From: Rhynchobatus australiae
Taxonomy: Eukaryota
Assembly (NCBI GenBank): GCA_034780895.1
Contig: JAUZTB010000042.1
Coordinates: 15,129,935-15,188,610, forward strand
Length of the DNA stretch: 58,676 nt
Direction: 5' to 3'
Shown here: piece by piece, positions 49,171 through 58,676 of the stretch
How positions within the stretch are numbered: the stretch's first letter is position 1
Layout: every line of letters starts with the position of its first letter
The notes under the pieces: generated by a model
What the model was told of the DNA's origin: nothing
What the model saw: the letters and a program-made list of their open reading frames with translations, nothing else
The model's database searches: none
Position numbers and translations under genes: made by a program

Positions 49171-52100
49171 TAGCTACCGTATCATTATTTGGAACATTTT
49201 CTCAAACGACTACAAAATGAACCCCAACAGATGGAGATTCAAGGAGAGCGCTCGCCACTGCCTTCCCAGGGGTCATAAGAAATTGTTCCTGAATAGTTCC
49301 AGATCTTATGAATGAATTTTAATATAAAAATGTCCTTGGTCTTACTTACTGCAGTTTCTAGCAAACTCCTAGGCATGTGACCTGGATTCAAGTCCTTTCA
49401 AACATGAGTGTTCCAGATTCTCATTTAGCCCCTTGAATGAGATTGCCAGGCCTGACCTTCAAAAGAACAACAGTGTGCCACACAGCAATTCTTTATTTAG
49501 TCTTAACTGGCACATACTGGAAATGAACTGTATTAATCAGGGATTACATGGGGAAGCAGGGATAAAACTGTATTAAATGGGTATTAAAAAAATACATTTC
49601 AAGATGCTGACCTTTCATCCTCTCTAATGGAAGGCCATCGAGCTGAAACATTAACTCTTTCTCCACAAGTTCCTTTTTGATATTTTCAGGATGTTTGCTT
49701 TTATTTCCTATTTCTATTGGTCAGTGAAAGTTTTGAAAATAAAGCAATCCTTATGTAGAATTCTTTTCCAAACTGCTCCAATGTAATTTTTAAGATTGCA
49801 ATTGTTTTTTCTTAAATTTTGAAATTTACAGTGCAGGTTGAGGGTTATTAAATCAGGTTTTGCCTTTTAGCCAACTACAGATAATACAAATTATAGCAAC
49901 TATAATATCTTAGACCTCCTTTCACTACCTCTGCTAATGCACCTATTCTCACAGGGAGATGAGCTCATACTGGCATGGTGGTACAAATTCCAGATGCTTT
50001 TCAGTATCTCCTTCACACCACCCTTCCAGTGTGACCTTGAACATTTATGTGTTGGCAATCTATTAAATCTCAGGGTACATTGCCAGCTATAGAAATTGCA
50101 CCATAACTTTCCTCTTGATTTCTTCCCTACCCAGTTTATTCCTTAATGTTCCCTACCTCATCCATCCAACTTCTGTAACAACATCCCAACCTACTTCGTG
50201 GTGACCTCCTACACTGCAACCGAGACACTGAACATGATGAAGGAAGAGATCAAACCTGCATCCCTCAGGAACTCCTGTCTACTGGGAAGAATACCACCTA
50301 CTCCAATATAGATTGCATCTTAGATTCTTGGGAATCTGTGTTTGTGAGAATATTTGATCATAGTAAAAACTACCAAATATCTTATGGAATAACCTTCAAA
50401 TGTAAAGAAAGGTTTCCTTTNNNNNNNNNNNNNNNNNNNNNNNNNNNNNNNNNNNNNNNNNNNNNNNNNNNNNNNNNNNNNNNNNNNNNNNNNNNNNNNN
50501 NNNNNNNNNNNNNNNNNNNNNNNNNNNNNNNNNNNNNNNNNNNNNNNNNNNNNNNNNNNNNNNNNNNNNNNNNNNNNNNNNNNNNNNNNNNNNNNNNNNN
50601 TTGGAATAAACTCACGGTTATATTTCCAGAATTCATGGTCAATATGTTGAGAGGCTTGGGGCTGGATGAAAGGAGTTTGTGTGTTTGTTTTGGTCAGTTG
50701 AATCCAGTGGAACTGGGCACAGAAGGACTTTGATGGGATAGGGCTTCTCCATCCTTGGGCAAAAGCAGAGACAGTGTATTTGATCTAGCAGGATCTCCCA
50801 ACAGCAGGTGGAAAATACAAAGAGATGACTTAGAAAATTGTGTGCCGCAGGCTTGATCTATCAATTTTAGATGCAAGCCCTATATACCAAATCCTACAGG
50901 TATATGTGTCTGAAACTATATTGTTCTGCATGTTCTCCTTTGAAATGAATGAAGGATCATTCCTGAGTAAATTGATGACCAAAACTGTAGCTGTGTCCAA
51001 TGAAGAGAATAATTGGCTTACTTTGTTGGTGCTTGAGGTAACATGATTTGATATCCTAACTGGATACTCCAGGATACCCTACCCTACCCACACATGAAGG
51101 GGTATTATACAAATGGAAATATTATTAAGGGTGTAAAGGCCTAATGTTTCTTTGCTTTTCCAATGGTCTATCCATAGATTTTTGTACAATGCCTCCATAA
51201 AGACAGACAGTTTAATAATCTAATCCATGACTTGCTGCATTTGAGATGGTGAGTGCTGGAAGGTGCAGCTAAGCAAGCAAATTGAGATATTCGAATAAGT
51301 AGTTCCTTGAAAATAGAAGTGAAGGCTGATAGATCCACAAAATGCATTAATTAATAGTTTGTGTTCTCTTTTAGTTAGGCACATAATATGAAAGTAAAGC
51401 AGTAATGATAAATATGTGCAAGATGTTTGAGAGGTCAATATTAGATAAAATTTATTACCCACCCATAGCTTCCTGGCAATTTAATAGCATACTAGATTCT
51501 TTCAGAGAGGTGCAGGCAACCAGGAGTGGAACTGTTCATGATTTCAGTCCCATTGGGCTTGTGTTTCCACTTGTGTTTTTGGAACACCCAGCAGAGATTA
51601 TGGTGCTATTCTTTTTCCTTATTTGCTCAGAATTTCCTAACTTGCACTGGGAGAAATTTAACTCATGAGCACAATANNNNNNNNNNNNNNNNNNNNNNNN
51701 NNNNNNNNNNNNNNNNNNNNNNNNNNNNNNNNNNNNNNNNNNNNNNNNNNNNNNNNNNNNNNNNNNNNNNNNNNNNGGGGGGGGGGCAGAAATACAATGC
51801 ATTCAGACATCTTGTTTTGGTATTAGATTTAAAACTTGTGGGTGAATTCCAAGGTTGGCAGGCAGAATTGGCAGGTGCTCTGTGATATCTGGAATGATTT
51901 GCTGTTGAGTTTGTTACTGTATTCCAACAAAGTCTGATGCAGCAGGACTTCAGGTTTCCAGTCAATGTTGTTGTTTAATACAACTACAAAAATTACTAAT
52001 TGTTTAGTTAAAAATTATCTAGCAGTGCATCACATTTCCTTTCCCCATAATCCCAAAAGATATCAAAGACCAAGAACTTCTGTTTGGGTATTTCTTGCAT

Positions 52101-52404
52101 GCTGACAGAACTGAAATTTAACTTGCACATCCTATCATTAGCTTATGTGAGGATCATTGTTAGGGTTTATTTCTCAATAACATGCCTGAGTGGCCTCAGG
52201 ATAATTGTTTAGTGTGGCTGAAGTGTTTATATTATTAGAATCAGCTGTCTTCCAACTCCCCACCCACCTCCATTCTTAAACCCCTTTTGCACTCCATGGT
52301 ATCTGAGAGTTTATTCACCGAGAATTCAACTGAGAACGTAAACCTTCTTTGAAAAACCAAATCATATTCTACACAAAAGACCAGACTCATTGACTGTCAT
52401 AAGT

Positions 52405-52612
52405 ATACAAGAAATAGGAGTAGGGTATAAAGCTCTCTGGGCCTGTTCCACCATTCAACAAGATCATGGCTAATCCTTTGCTTCAGATCCACTCTCCTGC
52501 CTAATCCCCACATCCTACGGTTTGTTTAGCTTCCAAAACAAAAAATTGTATTAACATCAGCCTTGAATATCTCAATGACTGAGCCTTCTGGAAGCAGAAC
52601 TCCAAAGATAAC
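52405..52612 (-). mobile_element. CR1-type LINE 3' end fragment
   Basis: caagaaataggagtagg...gcctgttccaccattcaacaagatcatggct...tcagccttgaatatctcaatgactgagcc. Confidence 0.55.
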
Positions 52613-54502
52613 ATAGGACAGAGCATTTCAAAGGAGGTTCATGTGCAGAATTGACCAAAAATTTGATATCAAGCCAGGTTTGGAAATACAAATTGCTCAA
52701 AATATGCAACTTGTACAGAGACAGAGGGAACCAGGCTACAGATATTTGTACAGGATCACTCAGAAATTGATTAAGAAAGTCTCTGTTCCTTGTTTAGTGC
52801 ATGGAACATTACAAACACTGCATTGGATAGCAAAGCTTGTCCAGGGAGCATGAGAAAGCATTCACAGCTAGTCAGAGGAAGAAATTTTAAACACATGAAG
52901 TCACATTACCAAAATGGGGTTTAGGAATGTTATCTAGTGGATTGATAGACATGTAGGTGCACATAATACCATACTAAAGAGCAAGCATAAATTAAGAATA
53001 GATTTCTCTTGGAAATGCTGTGTCCTTGCACGTGAATATTTGTTTTTAAAAAGAGAACGGGACACACTTATCAAAGCAAAAACTCTGGACTCAAGCCTTC
53101 TGGCAAGGTCAACTGGAAACTGAAGGTGGCATGTATCAGGTAACACGTGTGACCAATTTCTGACTCTTGCAAATGAGGTATTTAGCATGTGTTAATAATG
53201 AGTTTGTACTGAAGATCACGTCTAGGAAATTGTGCTGCTTTCAAGTAAATGTGAAATGGTTAATGTGACTCAGAGGAGGCAATGACACATCCAAAGGCAC
53301 ATCAACGAAGCTAACTGCTACAGTATTGAAAGGGAGGGAGTCATAGAACTTAAATTGACATTTGAGGGCCAAGGAGAACTGGCATTATTACACATGACAT
53401 AAGATGCAATTTAAAAGGATTGGAGCGATTTATGGCCACACCATGGATTATATGTGAACCTTGATCCTCCTACATGTTGCATTCTTTATCTGCATTATTA
53501 CTTAGTGTTTCAAATACATTGTAAACATTTTAATTTACATCTCTTTCGCAATCTTTGAAGATGTATTCACTTTTGGAACATCAGTAGGATATTGACACTG
53601 AGAAAATATTCTCAACATCAAAATCTAGTTTCACTAAAATACAAAACAGATCAAATCTGCTTTTGCTGAAACTATTTCTGACACTGCTTCTCCACCTCCT
53701 GGAACCAAGTTATAGATAAAACTAATACTACCCTCATAGTGGAANNNNNNNNNCCATTTGTTCTAGAACAGTAGAACCATCTCTTGGAAAGTACAATATC
53801 AACAGCTCTAGTTGAATGTTTATTTGGCAGTCCTGGGTTAGTAAATGGTATCAGCCCCATCAATACACGTACCAAGTGTGCACTTAACAGAGACGAGTTT
53901 ATTTGTCTTTGGAATCTGTTCAAATCTTGTGGGGGTGGAAGTTAACAAAAGAATCCTGACCTACTTTTGCTGCAATTATGATAGTTAAGCTGCTGTTTCT
54001 TTAATTGGACAGGTAAATTCAAAGACAAAATTGTGCACGTCTCCAGTTGCTGCACTGTCCATAGGAAGTGCAGAGGCAGAATAAATGGTACCAATAACAC
54101 TATTTTAGCAGGAGTGGGTATTAAAACCTGTCGTGGCCAAGATGGTACAGATGGATATTTTTGCATATGGATGAGAAGTCTTCAGATTTTTAGAACAGGA
54201 AACCAGGTGACAGAGCCAAGAATGAACTGATCATACATTATCTGCTTGTAAGCAAGTTCTGCCTGTGACTGTGCTAGATTAGAAAGTTATTCTAAACCTT
54301 TCTGAAGGGTTTTGTTCCAATTAAGGGATCAGAAATTAATACAGCAGTGACACCTTAAAATTCAAATTCTCTGTAAGAATCCCAGTTCTAAGTGACTACA
54401 CCTATATCAGGTAGTTCTAGACTTTACAGGCAGAAGAAATGGCTACTCATCATTTATGTTATCAATCTCCAAATTATTTCAATTAGACCTCTGATTCTTA
54501 CA

Positions 54503-54695
54503 GGATGGCACAGTGCTACAGCGAGAAGAGCTGCTGCCTCACAGCTCCAGTGACCCAGGTTCAATCTTGTTCTATTCTGGAGGTTAAGGGGAGACGCGAG
54601 AGAAGTTTATAAAATTATTAGAGGCACAGATAGGGTAGACAGTCAGAATCTTTCTCCCAGGGTAGAAATTTCAAACACTAGAGGACATGCATTTA
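54503..54695 (+). mobile_element. HE1-like SINE head (about 54503-54568) abutting a CR1 3' fragment (about 54575-54695)
   Basis: ggatggcacagtg...ctgctgcctcacagctccagtgacccaggttcaatc, then ggaggttaaggggagac...gtttataaaatta...gatagggtagacagtcagaatcttt. Confidence 0.65.
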
Positions 54696-54924
54696 ANNNN
54701 NNNNNNNNNNNNNNNNNNNNNNNNNNNNNNNNNNNNNNNNNNNNNNNNNNNNNNNNNNNNNNNNNNNNNNNNNNNNNNNNNNNNNNNNNNNNNNNNNNNN
54801 NNNNNNNNNNNNNNNNNNNNNNNNNNNNNNNNNNNNNNNNNNNNNNNNNNNNNNNNNNNNNNNNNNNNNNNNNNNNNNNNNNNNNNNNNNNNNNNNNNNN
54901 NNNNNNNNNNNNNNNNNNNNNNNN

Positions 54925-56300
54925 ACCCACCTGTACTGGTTCCACATTAGGTCCATACCTTTCTTTGCCTTGGTGATTCAAGTGCTTGTTGAGATGTTTC
55001 TTAAATGTTGAGGGTGCCCGTGCTCCACATGTGGTCTTAATGCCATACTTGTTTTTATATTCAATTCCCACAGCAATAGCACAACATTAGCTTTCCTAAT
55101 TACCAATTACTAGCAACACCTACTTACTAGTCTTTAATGAATCATGCACCAGGACACCCAGATCTCCGTCTCTCACTGCTCTGCAACCTATTGTTTAGAT
55201 AAAAAAAAATTTAAAATAAAGTTTCCCCTCATAAAAATGGATAAGTTCACATTGTGCCACGTTAAATTCCAGTCGCCAGGCCTTTGCCTACTCATTGAAC
55301 CTTCCTTTATAGCCTCCTTATGTACTCTTCACAGCTTCCTACCTGTTTGTGTCATCAGCAAATTCAGTAACCAAACCTTCACTGTCAAGTCATCGAAATG
55401 GTAAAAACCTGACCTTGCACCACACCACTTGTTACATCTTGTCAACCAAGAAAACACCTGTGCCTATTGCTTCCTCACAGCCAACCAATGTTACCTCCTA
55501 AACTCTGAACTTATTTTCAAAATAACCTTTGGCTAGTACCTCATCAAATGCCATCTCCTTCATCAATGACATATACTACTCCTTCAAAAGGACTCCAATA
55601 AATTGGTCAGGCACGACATCCCTTTCACAAAGCCACTGACTCTGGCTGATTACTGAATTTTTCCAAGGACCCTGCTACAACATCTTTACTAATAGCTTCC
55701 AACATTTTCTCCATCACTGATGCTCAGCTAATAGGCCTGTATCTTCTTGCTTTCCATCTCTTCCCTTTGGAAGAAAAGGAATTACATTTGCTATTTTCCA
55801 ATCTTGTGGAACCTTCCCCAAATCAAGAGAATTGTAAAATTAAAACCAATGCATCATCTTACTAGTCACTTCTTTCAAGATCCATCAGAACCTGAGTTCT
55901 CGTCAGCCTACAACTCCAACTATTTGCTCAGTAACATCATCCAGATGATTGTAGTTTCCTCCCCTAGTTTCTCCTTCCATTTGCAGTTACTTCTGAGCTG
56001 TGGTTTATATCTTCCATAGAGAAGATGGATACAAAACACATGTTCAATTCATCTGCCATCCACTTGTCTTCAATTATTAATTCTCCAAGCTCACTTTTCT
56101 ATAGAAACAATGTTCTTTAACTCTACATAGAAAAATTCTTACTATTTTAGTTAATATTTCTGGCCAGCAATATCTCATTGTTGGACTTTTTCTTCCTTGA
56201 TCTTTACGTTTTTTTTAAAAAGTTCAGAATATTTAAAATAAGTACTACTTGTCTTGGCACAATTGTATCCGTTTTCTTTTAGGTGCTCCCCTTGGAATTT
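54925..56300 (-). mobile_element. Degraded CR1-clade LINE (RT to 3' end)
   Basis: Minus-strand remnants GIEYKNK and TFKKHLNKHLNHQGKERYGPN, the RPISL motif (ctaataggcctgta) and QSQWLCE (cf. SQHGF). Confidence 0.6.
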
Positions 56301-56593
56301 TTCTTCCTTTTCAACTCTACTTAAATGCTAAAATTCACACCTTCTCACTAGAAGTCTCACCGTATGCCTTAGAGGCTCTCAGGTTGTGAAGAATATACTT
56401 TACAAAGCCAGTGAATTCTGGGTCTTCTGGCAGTGACAGCTTCAGAAGAATTCAAAAACAATTTGATGAAAGAGTTTCTGCTGGTGATTTAAATTCAACA
56501 CTACATTAATCTAGCAAAGCACAGGAAGAAACATCCACAAAAGACTAAAAGTCTGCTAACAATAAAGAAGCATCTGGACAAGCACCTGAATTG

Positions 56594-56960
56594 ATAGCTC
56601 CAATGCACAGGGTTGTAGACTTGGCCAGCTCCATCACAGGCACATCCCTCCACATCATTAAGGACATTTTCAAGAGACAGTGCCTCTAGCAAATAGCGTC
56701 CATCACGGAGGACCCTCACCATCCGGGACATGCCTCCTTCTCGTTAGCACCATCGGGGAGGAGGTACGGGAGCCTGAAGACCCACACTCAATTCAGAAAC
56801 AGCTTCTTCCTTTCTGCCATCAGACTTCTGAACAGAGTCCATGAACACTACATGAACATTTGGTTTTGTAATTTATGACAATTTTATGTCTTTGTACTGT
56901 ACTGCTGCTGCAAAATAACAAATTTCACGTCATAAGTCAGTGATAATAAATCTGATTCTG
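56594..56960 (+). mobile_element. Rex1/Babar LINE 3' fragment inserted in a CR1-type 3' tail (host about 56555-57080)
   Basis: ggaccctcaccatccgggacatgcctccttctcg...gaggtacgggagcctgaagacccacac...aataaatctgattctg, flanked by a CTGAATTG duplication. Confidence 0.85.
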
Positions 56961-57629
56961 AATTGCCAAGGCACAGTAGGCTATGGACCAAGGGCTGCTA
57001 AATGGAATTAGTATGGTTAAGTACTTGATGGTAGGCATAGGTATAGTGGGCTGACGGGCCTAGTTCTGCGCTGTATGACTAACTTCAGAATGTTTTTACA
57101 TCCACTTTCTCAAGCACAAACTCAATTTGGATCTCAATGCATTCCAGCGCAAGTGGTTGTGTCAAGTTTTATAATTATTTTCTGTAAGCATCAGCTCGAC
57201 TGCAACATCATGCTACAAAAAAAATGCACAATTCTGGAAAAATAAATCAAGCCATTAGAATGCTGCTTTATAAGAGGAGCTGATGTTGTAACAGCAGGGG
57301 CAGTGTTTCAAGCTGCATAAGCTTTTCCCAGGACCCAGAAAAAAGCAGTGCATCAAGTTCAGCTTTGGATGTAAAAGCTCCTTATGCCTAAGCAACTTGG
57401 CTTGCTTATTAAACAGCAGTAAAGTATATTGGTTTTTCCCCCTAAATGGTTGATCAAATGCAATAACTACAATGGATGTCTTGGAATGGATTTTTGGTGC
57501 AGCAGTGGGAGCTGGAGGGTCAAGTATGGACAAAAAAATTAAATACATTGAGGTAAACAAATGATTCATTGTTCAACTACAGAGGAACCAAATTTTAAAA
57601 AATTGATCATGCTATGAAGTATGTATTGC

Positions 57630-58460
57630 AGTAGCCATTAAGCCCAATAGGTCAATGCCAGGTGTATGCTCCATACGAGTCTCCATTTCATTCCAACCTC
57701 ATCATTCTTTTCTCTTGTGGGCTTAGTGAGCTTTCCTTTGAATAATTCTTTGCCATTTGCTATCAGGAGACCTTGTAATAGCAAGTTCCACATTCTTATC
57801 ACTCTCTGGGTAAAGATATTGCTCCCGATTTCTCCATCTGATTTACTGACTAGTGTCATTTTTATGACCCCTCATTCTGCTTTCAGCTGCAAATGGAAAC
57901 ATCTCTTACGAATCCCCATCAGATCTTTTTTTATAATCCAGAAAGCAACTGCCGGGTCAATATCCCATCTCCTTTCTAGATAGCAAAACATCAGAAAAGA
58001 TGCTGGAACTTATAACCTCAGTTCTGGTATCAGCCTGATAAATCTATTTTACACACACTCTAGTGCTCCAATTTTTTTAAAATAATGTAGTGGTCATTGT
58101 ACTTGAAGTGTGGTCTAGCAAGGCATTACACAACTATAGTGTAAATTATCATTTCTCGTTCAAGCCTGTGCTGGGTTTTCTTTGTCCATTAAAAAAAACT
58201 TTTATTCTCACCTTTATCTTTAGTGATCATTTGTAACCTTCAGTTCATTTATCCAATTTACCAAGGATTATGTATCATGCTTGTCCTTTCTACCAAAGTG
58301 CATCACTTCACACATCGGCACATTACAAGCCCATTCTGCTGGTTTATCCACATCTTCCCATACCTCACCCCAATTCTTCTTTGTACTGACCGTACCTTCC
58401 TGATGTCCTGTCATTAGCAAATCGTGAAATTTGAATAACAACATTAGTCCCATGGCAAAG
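57630..58460 (-). mobile_element. Degraded CR1-clade LINE 3' part
   Basis: Minus-strand ORFs EDVDKPAEWA...CEVMHFGRKDK and SNIFTQRVIRMWNLL...FKGKL. Confidence 0.7.
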
Positions 58461-58676
58461 ACTTCTTCTCACCATTGGTCAATTGGAGTATTCATCTTTA
58501 ACTTGCACTCTTCTGCAATGTTTGATATCCATTCTGTTACTTCTGACTCCAAGTGCTCTGATAATCAGGAATCTGCTATCAAGCATTTGGAATTCCAAAA
58601 GAAAATTTCTAGTATACTGCTCCTAACCTTTGTATTTCTCCAAAGAATTTTAATCAGTTTGGCCAGGAATCAGTTT

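Overview
This is eukaryotic (vertebrate) genomic DNA from a gappy draft assembly. The repeat landscape (HE1/V-SINE-like and Deu-domain SINEs, CR1, L2, Rex1/Babar and Penelope-like elements) points to a cartilaginous fish, probably a ray or shark; this is an inference. The window covers the middle of one protein-coding gene on the minus strand, the KIAA0930 orthologue. Six GT-AG-bounded, frame-compatible coding exons (33858-33710, 21351-21127, 18172-18095, 17194-17093, 13180-13040, 9803-9609) join into about 256 codons that closely match vertebrate KIAA0930 as I recall it. The canonical first exon and the last exons were not found, so they lie outside the window or in N gaps. The rest is intron filled with decayed retroelements, including several nested insertions with target-site duplications. 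I see no convincing novel multi-gene system. The best leads are candidate alternative KIAA0930 exons, an unclassified solo LTR inside a SINE, a motif-dense candidate intronic enhancer, a perfect G·U-containing hairpin, and false 100-N gaps, one of which splits a coding exon. Repeat family names come from recalled consensus similarity, not a database search, and repeat boundaries are approximate.
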